DNA from: a virus
Length of the DNA: 40,577 bases
Virus record (IMG/VR): IMGVR_UViG_3300025164_000611
Strand: one strand, 5' to 3'
This document shows, in pieces, positions 18,684 through 27,081 of the stretch. Positions within the stretch are counted from its first letter, which is position 1. Every line of letters begins with the position of its first letter. The position numbers were made by a program, and so were the translations under genes. The notes below the pieces were generated by a model. It saw nothing but the letters and a program-made list of their open reading frames with translations. It ran no database searches and had not been told where the DNA came from.

Positions 18684-20850
18684 AGATAAGATTCCTCCAA
18701 TAGATCAATTATTTATCCGGCAAGATGTTACTCGTGTAAGTCTAGGAGAACCTAGACCTTACATTGGATGGAGAGAAGTTGTTAGGCAATATTTACCAGA
18801 ACATTTAAAATCTCTAATTCCATCTTCAGCTGAAACTGATGAATATAAATTAAAAGAGAGTCTTAGAAGTAGAATACCTCTTGATAAGAATCTCCCATAT
18901 CGAGAAGCAGAGAAGGCAAGAGATCAGGAGATTGAAAATCTTATAGCCAGAGGTGATACTGATTTACTTATTCCAGTTGAGAAATCTTTATTTGAGAAAG
19001 TTATACCTACTGAAATTAGAGAATTTTTTCGCCCATCTACTATTACAAGAGAATCTCTTGCTGCCAAGGGTTTGAAAGTTGCTAGGACAGTTTCTGGTAT
19101 TGATGAACCATTTAGCATGATTGATCCAACTCCACTTTTCCGTGCTGGTGGAGCTGCTGTAAGAGTTGGGAAAGTAGGAGCTGAAGTAGTAGAATCGAAG
19201 AAAATATTAAGTGCAATGGATAATATTATATCCGAAGCTAGAACAGGAGAAGGTCTTGTTGGAGCAGGTTTTGATCCTTCATTATTTAAGAAACTAGGTG
19301 CTAATTTATATAAAGGGGATCTTCCGGCTGTTGCAATTAAAGAAACTCTACAAAATGCTGTTGATTCAGTAAGAGGTATTGAAGGTGGAGGAAAAATTAA
19401 ATTAGACTTCAGTAGTTTTGATAGGAAATTTAGGATTGCTGATAATGGTCATGGTATGAGTCCTAATGTTATAGCTAAAGAATTTATGGATGTCGGTGGA
19501 AGTTTGAAGAATGCAGAAGCTAGTGGTGGGTATGGTTTAGCGAAGGTTGGAATTTTTAGTCAAGCGGAAGAAATTAGAGTTATATCTACAGCAGAGGTAC
19601 AAGGCAAAAAAGTTGAAACTACATTGATTGGATCTGGTGAAGATTGGATAAATGGTAAGATGAGAATTGAAGCCCATCCAATTGAAAAGAAAGCGCCGAC
19701 AGGAACAATAATGGAGATTGTACTTACTCCAGAAGCTGGAGCTATAGACAAATGGCATTCTGCTGAGGGTTTTGTAAGAGATTTTCAAGAGTCTAATAAG
19801 TTAAAAAATATTGATGTAGAATTTACTAGAGATGGTAAATCGTTTAAGATGGGTACATATACTTTTGTAGATGCTCCAGTTGAAACTCTCCATCTTGAAA
19901 AAGCTGATATTGATATTTACCCTAGTACTTCCTTATCTATTACTGGTTACACCCGACCTCGCGTTTTAAATAATGGGTTGTTTCAATTTGAGAGTTACAT
20001 GCAGAAACTTGGAAAAGATGCTCCACTTTCAGTCATCTTTGATGTAAAGCCAAAAGTTGGAGTTGATGATCCTGGTTACCCTTTTACTACTTCTAGAGAA
20101 GAACTTAAAGGTTCTACCCAAGAGGCTGTTAATAATTACTTAAAAGATATTGGTACTTTATCAGCAAGAACACAGTTTAATTTACTCCTTGATAATATTA
20201 CAAAACCTACTAACATCAAGTCTAGTTCGTATGGAATGAGTGTCTATAATATTGATAAAGCAAATACTCCAGAAATATTAGAGATAGCTTCAGGAGCTAA
20301 ATATTCAGGTACATTATCTGATGTAGCATCTGATGTATCTGCTTCGCTTTATAACGATATTAGTACTATTAGACGATATAAAAATATTAAGTCCTTTGAT
20401 TTTGGTGGATTTGGCTTAAGCCCATTGAATTTAGGTGTTAATATTGATCGGAATGGGTTAATTAATAGTGGGATATCAATAAAAGCAAATGTTGGAGGAA
20501 TTAGCGAAGGTAACTTGATTTTAATTAATCCATATACAATTTTGGATGAGGTAATTGATGAATTAGGAAGACTTTCTCCTAGAAGAGCAGCTCAACAAAC
20601 ATGGGAAGTATTAATTCATGAGGTTGTACATCAACTTGCAAGAGGTCATGATGAAGATTTTGCCGCAGCTTTTACTAGAGTAATCCATGCTGTTGCACCA
20701 TCATCTGAAATTAATATAAAGAAATTAAATTATGCATGGGAATATGCAATTCAGAATGGTATTGGTGAGGATTTCAAACTAATCAAAGCTAAATGGAGTA
20801 TTAACAATGCAGAAAATATATTCAGAGGCTTCACCGGACATCTTAGGTAA
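18670..20850 (+). CDS. GHKL (Hsp90/rIIA-like) ATPase fused to a C-terminal HEXXH metallopeptidase-like domain
   Basis: N box KETLQNAVDS, G1 IADNGHGM, G2 GGSLK...GGYGLAK, G3 GT; middle-domain PFTTSREEL; C-terminal LIHEVVHQLARGHDEDF. Confidence 0.8.
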   Translation: MSRPEDKIPPIDQLFIRQDVTRVSLGEPRPYIGWREVVRQYLPEHLKSLIPSSAETDEYKLKESLRSRIPLDKNLPYREAEKARDQEIENLIARGDTDLLIPVEKSLFEKVIPTEIREFFRPSTITRESLAAKGLKVARTVSGIDEPFSMIDPTPLFRAGGAAVRVGKVGAEVVESKKILSAMDNIISEARTGEGLVGAGFDPSLFKKLGANLYKGDLPAVAIKETLQNAVDSVRGIEGGGKIKLDFSSFDRKFRIADNGHGMSPNVIAKEFMDVGGSLKNAEASGGYGLAKVGIFSQAEEIRVISTAEVQGKKVETTLIGSGEDWINGKMRIEAHPIEKKAPTGTIMEIVLTPEAGAIDKWHSAEGFVRDFQESNKLKNIDVEFTRDGKSFKMGTYTFVDAPVETLHLEKADIDIYPSTSLSITGYTRPRVLNNGLFQFESYMQKLGKDAPLSVIFDVKPKVGVDDPGYPFTTSREELKGSTQEAVNNYLKDIGTLSARTQFNLLLDNITKPTNIKSSSYGMSVYNIDKANTPEILEIASGAKYSGTLSDVASDVSASLYNDISTIRRYKNIKSFDFGGFGLSPLNLGVNIDRNGLINSGISIKANVGGISEGNLILINPYTILDEVIDELGRLSPRRAAQQTWEVLIHEVVHQLARGHDEDFAAAFTRVIHAVAPSSEINIKKLNYAWEYAIQNGIGEDFKLIKAKWSINNAENIFRGFTGHLR

Positions 20851-21085
20851 AGAAATATTGCCAGGAGTTTTGGCTGCATCATTACAAGAACCATTGGATC
20901 TTGGTTGGATTAGACAGATTGTAGAACATGGTATTGATTTAGGTCTACCTATGTCTGATATTTATGAAAATAAAAGGAATAAGGCTATTAATCTTAGAGG
21001 CATTGCTGTTCCATCATTCTCTGAATTGATGAAGAATAGTGATAAAGTTAAGAAAAAGGTCTCTATGGACTTTCTATTTGATTAA
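20807..21085 (+). CDS. Hypothetical protein, last gene of the + arm
   Basis: GGAG RBS 8 nt upstream of ATG 20807. Confidence 0.5.
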   Translation: MQKIYSEASPDILGKEILPGVLAASLQEPLDLGWIRQIVEHGIDLGLPMSDIYENKRNKAINLRGIAVPSFSELMKNSDKVKKKVSMDFLFD

Positions 21086-21215
21086 TTACTTTATAAGAAT
21101 CACATTCATCAACAATCTCGATAATTATATCTCTATGACCACTTTCAACAATTATTATACTTGCATCAATAGACAACAATTTCTTTGGTAGTTTAATCTT
21201 AATCTGTTCTCTCAT
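21063..21215 (-). CDS. 50-aa hypothetical protein not in the ORF track
   Basis: MREQIKIKLPKKLLSIDASIIIVESGHRDIIIEIVDECDSYKVINQIESP; starts 1 nt after the upstream stop. Confidence 0.45.
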   Translation of the reverse strand: MREQIKIKLPKKLLSIDASIIIVESGHRDIIIEIVDECDSYKVINQIESP

Positions 21216-21216
21216 A

Positions 21217-22398
21217 TTATTTAGCCCTCAATTCGAGGTCACTTCCTTTTGGAGTTATTGTTATTAACCCCGCAGATGATAACCCTTTAATCAATTCTTC
21301 TAATTTGGATGATTCGGCCATAGAAGAAAATTCTCTTAATATTGTTGAAACTAAAACAGGGCCATTTTCTTTGATATAATAATATATTGCTTTTATTTCG
21401 CTCTTATAGACATTCTTTCCCATTCCCCCAACAACCTGTTGCATGTTATGCTCAATTGATTCGAGTACCTGTATGGCTTCTTCGATATTAATCCAGTCGA
21501 GTATTAGCTGATCTTTGTGTATTATATTACCATCAGCTATCTTTAGAATCATAGCTACTTTCATCACAAAAGCAGGTTTTGTCTCATAATATCCTTTAAG
21601 CCTATCTAATTTACCTTTTTTGTATCCAGCTCCATCTACATACCATTGTTCAAATTTTTTCCATGTCACTTCATCCATACCAAAGTCTCCAAATAAATTA
21701 TTAGATATAAATTTTAAATCGTGAATTAGATTATTCTTAAACTCCTCATTGATACCTTTCACATCTACATCTTTATATATCAATTTTCTCCTTCGTGTAT
21801 CTTCTTCATATACAAATATACACCTTCTTCCAAATCCACCATCCAAAGCTGATTGTGGTAAAATAACTCCTAATGTTTCTAATGTACTAGCACCTAAAAA
21901 ATTAATACAAGGATTCTCAGCTAACTCAATGTTTCTTATGTGCGTTCCTACCGATAACTTCTTAGCTCCATCATAAGCTCGTGTTAAAAAAGAATACATA
22001 TCAGGACCAGCTTTGGCTATAAATTCACTTAATTCTCCAGCATTAATGTACATCGCACATTCTTCAGCCTCAGATAGTGATGAAGCTAGTTTAGGTACAG
22101 TAATTTGGTCTGGAGCTGAGGACAATCCTGGAACATCTTCTAATAAATCAAGAGAATATTTAGTTGTTGTAGTTTTCTTATTCCCAGCAGGTCCAATGAA
22201 TAATAGATACAAATAAGGATAACACTCCCAACTACCCAGATACTCCTCTCCTACCTTTACATGACGACGGAGAACACAAGCTAATGTAAATAATCCTGTC
22301 CAGAAAATATACGATTCCTTAGCTTCGCTCCTTGGAATTGTCCATCTAAGATAGTCACTCAACCAATTCTCGCATTTACGTGGATGCTCATCGTTCAT
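21217..22398 (-). CDS. DUF3987/YfjI-like P-loop ATPase, putative replicative helicase
   Basis: LYLLFIGPAGNKKTT Walker A-like motif, PDQIT, ELSEF, GGFGRRCIF. Confidence 0.65.
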   Translation of the reverse strand: MNDEHPRKCENWLSDYLRWTIPRSEAKESYIFWTGLFTLACVLRRHVKVGEEYLGSWECYPYLYLLFIGPAGNKKTTTTKYSLDLLEDVPGLSSAPDQITVPKLASSLSEAEECAMYINAGELSEFIAKAGPDMYSFLTRAYDGAKKLSVGTHIRNIELAENPCINFLGASTLETLGVILPQSALDGGFGRRCIFVYEEDTRRRKLIYKDVDVKGINEEFKNNLIHDLKFISNNLFGDFGMDEVTWKKFEQWYVDGAGYKKGKLDRLKGYYETKPAFVMKVAMILKIADGNIIHKDQLILDWINIEEAIQVLESIEHNMQQVVGGMGKNVYKSEIKAIYYYIKENGPVLVSTILREFSSMAESSKLEELIKGLSSAGLITITPKGSDLELRAK

Positions 22399-22612
22399 CT
22401 AACGATTCTATTGCCTCAGTTAGTGTATTTTTTTCTTCTTTAGTTAATTTACCTATATTTTCTATACACCACTTAATATAATTAGGATCATCGTACACAA
22501 CATCTAACCAACTCCAATCTTTATATTTACCAAATTTAATTGTTGAATTTAAGAACTCATCTGGTTCGAATTCAAACGGGCTTCTACCTTCTCTCATTTT
22601 CGCCTTCTTCAA
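22388..22612 (-). CDS. Small FGKY-motif protein (exonuclease X C-terminal / DUF3820-like)
   Basis: IKFGKYKD....V...DPNYIKW. Confidence 0.6.
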   Translation of the reverse strand: MKKAKMREGRSPFEFEPDEFLNSTIKFGKYKDWSWLDVVYDDPNYIKWCIENIGKLTKEEKNTLTEAIESLDER

Positions 22613-22904
22613 TTAGAGCATATAATAAAGTTGCATAATTACGTAGATCAATGAATCTACTTAATACACTTTCTCTCTGTCTAACATTTCCATTAACCAT
22701 CTTCATAATACCAATAAAATGTTTAGACATATATACAGCCGCAACTTGTATTGGTGTGACTCTACCTTCTAATAACCTAGATACAAGTTTGAAATTATCA
22801 AGGGAATCTTCTGTAATAGCATACTCTGTATTAGCTTTTCTTAAAACTTCACTACAATGAACTTCAAGAGCATCGTGAGTTTTCAATAGATTTTCGATAG
22901 TCAT
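22584..22904 (-). CDS. Nucleotide-modification-associated domain protein (DUF1599/Nmad1-like)
   Basis: K.N.EY...D.L.NF ... RFIDLRNYA.L pattern. Confidence 0.55.
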   Translation of the reverse strand: MTIENLLKTHDALEVHCSEVLRKANTEYAITEDSLDNFKLVSRLLEGRVTPIQVAAVYMSKHFIGIMKMVNGNVRQRESVLSRFIDLRNYATLLYALIEEGENERR

Positions 22905-23665
22905 ATTGACCCCATTTCACTTTTGAGTTCACCATCTTCAAGTTTGAAATCTTCAAATAGATTTGGGGATTCCTCTTTTAAAATATTCCAAACTTCAATT
23001 GCCAGCCTTCTAATTTCAGTATCTGCATGCATATTTCCCCGGAGAACAAGAAAATGTCTCCAAGCCCTAGCATTTCCAGTTACAACGATTTTAGTTTCGG
23101 TGCAATTTGGTAGAACCGAACGAGCAGTTTGGCGTATTCTTTTCTTGAGTTGGGTTTTGGGTATGTCTTGGTTTGATAATGATTTTTCTAATTCATTCAT
23201 TAACAATTTATATCTAACTATAGATGTATCACAAGCATCATACCAAATTCTGTATGCTTCATCAAATGAAGATAATTCCGGTGGAACTACAAATCCAACT
23301 TCACTTTCATCAACATATCTTTGAGAGAGTTGCGAATAACTGAAATGTCTATGTCGCACAAGCTCATGAGTAAGGCTACGGCTAACACCTTCGATAAGGA
23401 TTGTGTAGTTTGCGTGTTCGATAACGCTTCCGTGTTTGACGTTAAGTATATTAGCAATGTATTCTTTAGATGTAGTTCTTCCTTGGATTGTTTTATGTCC
23501 ATCTACTGTACCCTCCCCAAATGAAAGGTAACATAGACGACCAGCAAATTCAACTACACTTTCTTCTGGTAAATCCTCACTGAACTCGAAATCATATGGG
23601 CCATTAATTAGTGCAGGGTATGTACTAGCTATTAATGTAACTTTAGGTCCATTCCAGATTTTCAT
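22901..23665 (-). CDS. thyX: FAD-dependent thymidylate synthase
   Basis: RSLTHELVRHRHFSYSQLSQRY (RHRX7S) signature; HGSVIEH, ARSVLPN, NARAWRHF. Confidence 0.96.
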   Translation of the reverse strand: MKIWNGPKVTLIASTYPALINGPYDFEFSEDLPEESVVEFAGRLCYLSFGEGTVDGHKTIQGRTTSKEYIANILNVKHGSVIEHANYTILIEGVSRSLTHELVRHRHFSYSQLSQRYVDESEVGFVVPPELSSFDEAYRIWYDACDTSIVRYKLLMNELEKSLSNQDIPKTQLKKRIRQTARSVLPNCTETKIVVTGNARAWRHFLVLRGNMHADTEIRRLAIEVWNILKEESPNLFEDFKLEDGELKSEMGSI

Positions 23666-23991
23666 ATCTTCCTCCCCTCATGTCTAAAATCTCTATTTTC
23701 ATTGTATTTCATTTTTAATTCAAGAGCTTCCTCTAAATCTATATGATATTCACCACAAAAAAGTGCAATTCTAATGATACAATCAGCTAATTCAATTGGG
23801 ATACCTTTTGGTTTACCATCATCTAAAACAAAATATATTTCATCATATCTTTTTCCATTTCTAAATTCTTCTAGGGCCTCAGATAATTCAGAATGCATCA
23901 ATGCAATTAAATCTCCAAAAGATCTTTCTCCCCCCCAACCTTTTGATCTTGCAGTATATACAGATTTAAATACAAGTTCTAGGATTGTCAT
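23662..23991 (-). CDS. MazG-like NTP pyrophosphohydrolase
   Basis: ALMHSELSEALEE ... ELADCIIRI ... KMKYNENR. Confidence 0.8.
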   Translation of the reverse strand: MTILELVFKSVYTARSKGWGGERSFGDLIALMHSELSEALEEFRNGKRYDEIYFVLDDGKPKGIPIELADCIIRIALFCGEYHIDLEEALELKMKYNENRDFRHEGRKI

Positions 23992-24230
23992 TTTTTTAGA
24001 CCTCTAAGAGATGGAATTGGATATTGTTCTACAAAAGCTTTATTTCTTTCATCAAGGAGTTTGTATTGTTCCTCAATCAATAAATTTTGCCTCTCCAAAG
24101 CATCAGCGATCCTTCTTAATTGATGAATAGGATCAGCTCTAAGAAGGGCTTCTGCAATTTCTCTTTCTGTATTTTCTCTTGTTTCTCTATTATTATTCAT
24201 ACCAATTTCTCCATTTCTCCCTCGCTCCAC
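23988..24230 (-). CDS. Hypothetical coiled-coil protein
   Basis: ORF track; likely start at the internal MNNNRE, ATGA-coupled to polA-C. Confidence 0.5.
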   Translation of the reverse strand: MERGRNGEIGMNNNRETRENTEREIAEALLRADPIHQLRRIADALERQNLLIEEQYKLLDERNKAFVEQYPIPSLRGLKK

Positions 24231-25030
24231 CTATCACCAATAAGACCATCAGTGGGAATTGTAAATTCTTCATCTTTGATTATAATTGGACGTCTTAATA
24301 ATTCCTCCGCCTGTAATCCAATATCTCGCGCATTTTCTTTGGGTAATTCTAAAATACATGAGTCGTGTGACATATTAGTAATTTTATGATCTTTGTATGG
24401 TTTAATTAGTTGTCTATATATCTCAATCAAACCTCCTTTCTTCCTAACAAGAGGATGTACCATCCCAGAGAAATGATCTGCTACAGTAGATTGTGGTTCA
24501 AATGCAATCTTCTTTCTCTCAAGATCATCTCCCCACTCATCATAAAAAATTCTAGTTCTTCCATATGATGTTGTCATTATACGATCTTTCCCTAATACCT
24601 CAGCCCACCAACCTTTGACATTGTAAAAGTTATGCCAATTCTTGTGATGCTCATCGGATTCTTTCAATGTGATAGATATATATGGTGGTTTATCGGAGTC
24701 AGCATTGATAATTCTCATAGCCTTATCTGGACCCATTCCATATGAAGATGCGTGATTGCGACGTTTAGATAAATACCTTTGATCTTTAGTTAAAATAACT
24801 CTACACTTAGTGCAACTTAAAGTCTCTTTCACCCAATGATGATCGCATCCTGTTTGGAAATACAAAGCCCCACCAGTTTGGCAATGAATATCAGATTTAT
24901 GTAATGCATACTTCATATTTCTTTCATCTGCTAAATATGCAACAACCCAAGACTCTGCTTGAGATAAGTCTGTTACTACTAGTAACTTACCAGGTGGTGC
25001 AACGAAGATGCTACGATAATCGAGTTTCAT
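24197..25030 (-). CDS. polA: Family A DNA polymerase, C-terminal (palm/fingers) subunit of a split gene
   Basis: RSIFVAPPGK, motif A DLSQAE, motif B RYLSKRRNHASSYG, motif C HDS. Confidence 0.9.
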   Translation of the reverse strand: MKLDYRSIFVAPPGKLLVVTDLSQAESWVVAYLADERNMKYALHKSDIHCQTGGALYFQTGCDHHWVKETLSCTKCRVILTKDQRYLSKRRNHASSYGMGPDKAMRIINADSDKPPYISITLKESDEHHKNWHNFYNVKGWWAEVLGKDRIMTTSYGRTRIFYDEWGDDLERKKIAFEPQSTVADHFSGMVHPLVRKKGGLIEIYRQLIKPYKDHKITNMSHDSCILELPKENARDIGLQAEELLRRPIIIKDEEFTIPTDGLIGDRWSEGEMEKLV

Positions 25031-25158
25031 TTTATAAGCTTGATTGTTTTAGTTACTAATCCACAACATCTTCTGATAACGATGTAATGATCTGTCATTT
25101 TTATTTGTCCTGAAATCCCCATTATATTATTACATATTGGGCATCTAATCGTCATCAT
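25027..25158 (-). CDS. 43-aa Cys-rich (Zn-finger-like) protein between the two polA halves, not in the ORF track
   Basis: MMTIRCPICNNIMGISGQIKMTDHYIVIRRCCGLVTKTIKLIK; GAGG RBS; ATGA overlap with polA-C. Confidence 0.6.
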   Translation of the reverse strand: MMTIRCPICNNIMGISGQIKMTDHYIVIRRCCGLVTKTIKLIK

Positions 25159-26908
25159 CTTCCTCTTTTTCTATATCATTAACAAAACGTGCATCATTTT
25201 TGTACTTTTCATAATCTTCATCAAGAACTTCAATAGGATCTCTAGGGTTCGTCTGGTGATTATATCCACTTCCATCTACATACTTCTGAGCTGCCCATCT
25301 TCCTGTATCTGGTCCATATTTATAACTACTCCTACTACGTCCATCATCACTTATTCTTGCTTCCATATACATACTATATCTCTGCCTGAGATTCCTAATC
25401 TCTCGAATAGCTCTAATAATATTATATTTCACTCTATACTTCTTTTTTGTTTCATCTTTGATACTTTCATCTACTTTACTCTTACACCACGCAAGAAGTG
25501 ATACAAGAGCATCGTCATTAGTAGTCACCTTCGTTTTCACACTTCTAGTTGGCAATCCTAGACCAGTAGCTTTATTATATAACCAATCTTTTAATTTAGG
25601 AGATCGAACATTGACCTCAAAGCCCGAAACTCCATCTAATAAATATTGTAATTTTGCCCATCTGGTAATAAGAGCACCTTTTAATAGAGCAAATCTATCT
25701 TTATCAATTAACATCCCGCTATCAGAAATGTGAGTTTGCATTTCTATTGCAGACATCTCAAACTGAAATGTATTGATATTATCCGAATTTTGAAGGTCTT
25801 TTAATTGACCTAAAAATACTTCAAATGTACCACAAGTATCTTTTCCATTATATACCATTAAACGCTCAAGATCAACTTTCCGTGACCAACCTTTTTGGTC
25901 TGATTCTTCTTTACCTTCTTGTTTGTAATATGGCATCCTTGTTCTCATACTAACTTCAAATGCTAACGTATGAGGCATTTCAGGATCTATTACATGAGAT
26001 GCTAAGTAAGTATCCCAAAAATAAGGAGTATTGTACTCTTTACTTATTTCATCTTGAGCTATATAGAATCCATTCAATTTCAACATAGTTGTATCGAAAT
26101 ATCCAAAATGGAATATCTTTCTTAGACTAGAAGATAATATTTCAGATATGTATCTTTCATTATTCTGAATAGGGAGAACTAGAGCATGATATGGTGAGAT
26201 TGAGAATGATATTGTAAGGATTATTGTAGTTCCCTTGATGGATTCAATATCTATTGATATAGTATCACTTTTTAATACTTTCTCAACTTCTGAAATCAAC
26301 TTAAGACCTGGGGGATTTGTAATGATTGTTCTATTATCATAGTTTAATCCTCGAAATTTAGATTCTTCTTTTACTCTCTTAATGTCTGCATCAAATATTG
26401 GATATAAACCTTTTGATCTACTTACCGCGGCGGGGTGATATAATGGTATTACTTTAATATCTTCATGGACATTTCCTTGATCGTCTACATACGGAAGAAT
26501 ACTCCCTCTCCAGTTTCCAATTCCAATTATACTACCCTTAGCTTTCTTACCTTTTCCAGTTAAATAATGCATTGGATAGTTACCTAATGCAGCTATTACA
26601 ATTGGACGATAAGAAAGAATATATTCATGAATTAATCTTATTCCAGATTGCAAGAAGGGTGTCCCCAATACGTTCTCAAACCTATCATTCCAAGGGCGGA
26701 TGTTACATAGATTTTCTATTCGAATAATCTCACGTGGTATTCCATGTCTAGATAAGCAATTATTGAGAACTATACCCGCTCTACCCACAAATGGTTCTCC
26801 AAATAAAACTTCATCATTACCTGGAGATTCCCCAACGGCGAGAATATCAGCTCCAATTGGACCTAAACCATTTACCTTTTTATCGAGATAAGCAAGGTAC
26901 TTAGTCAT
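25145..26908 (-). CDS. polA: Family A DNA polymerase N-terminal subunit: family-4 UDG-like domain, 3'-5' exonuclease and thumb
   Basis: GESPG..E...GEPFVG.AG and YHPAA (UDG); IDIES, FDTTML, YNGKD (Exo I-III); TGRW...G.N.QT.P. Confidence 0.88.
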   Translation of the reverse strand: MTKYLAYLDKKVNGLGPIGADILAVGESPGNDEVLFGEPFVGRAGIVLNNCLSRHGIPREIIRIENLCNIRPWNDRFENVLGTPFLQSGIRLIHEYILSYRPIVIAALGNYPMHYLTGKGKKAKGSIIGIGNWRGSILPYVDDQGNVHEDIKVIPLYHPAAVSRSKGLYPIFDADIKRVKEESKFRGLNYDNRTIITNPPGLKLISEVEKVLKSDTISIDIESIKGTTIILTISFSISPYHALVLPIQNNERYISEILSSSLRKIFHFGYFDTTMLKLNGFYIAQDEISKEYNTPYFWDTYLASHVIDPEMPHTLAFEVSMRTRMPYYKQEGKEESDQKGWSRKVDLERLMVYNGKDTCGTFEVFLGQLKDLQNSDNINTFQFEMSAIEMQTHISDSGMLIDKDRFALLKGALITRWAKLQYLLDGVSGFEVNVRSPKLKDWLYNKATGLGLPTRSVKTKVTTNDDALVSLLAWCKSKVDESIKDETKKKYRVKYNIIRAIREIRNLRQRYSMYMEARISDDGRSRSSYKYGPDTGRWAAQKYVDGSGYNHQTNPRDPIEVLDEDYEKYKNDARFVNDIEKEEDDDD

Positions 26909-27081
26909 TTTATATTATAATCTTCCATCAATTTATCTAACATATTATCATCATATAATTTATCTAATACTCTCATAGCTATATCTAACATCATTATAGC
27001 ACCATCTTGTATTTGACTCCAACCTATATGATTTCTAATTTTATTTAATTTTTCTTGCCTCTTTAATTTATTATCTAACAT
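26905..27081 (-). CDS. 58-aa hypothetical protein not in the ORF track
   Basis: MLDNKLKRQEKLNKIRNHIGWSQ...EDYNIK; ATGA-coupled to polA-N. Confidence 0.5.
   Translation of the reverse strand: MLDNKLKRQEKLNKIRNHIGWSQIQDGAIMMLDIAMRVLDKLYDDNMLDKLMEDYNIK

Noticed and set aside
1222-20850. Antisense and alternate-frame ORFs in the + arm (e.g. 1222..1560, 1424..1624, 2211..2465, 3665..3883, 6487..6702, 10017..10244, 12710..13039, 13331..13606, 17454..17876, 18924..19788)
   Set aside because: They are shadows of well-supported genes, with no RBS or motifs.
18670-20850. Ordinary HtpG chaperone, gyrase B or histidine kinase
   Set aside because: It lacks the HtpG C-terminal dimerisation region, TOPRIM and HisKA H-box. 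It has an ejection-like N-terminal arm and a HEXXH tail instead.
25031-25260. Group I intron or intein splitting polA
   Set aside because: The gap is short, AT-rich and fully occupied by a coupled 43-aa ORF; no P/Q/R/S core or intein motifs were seen.
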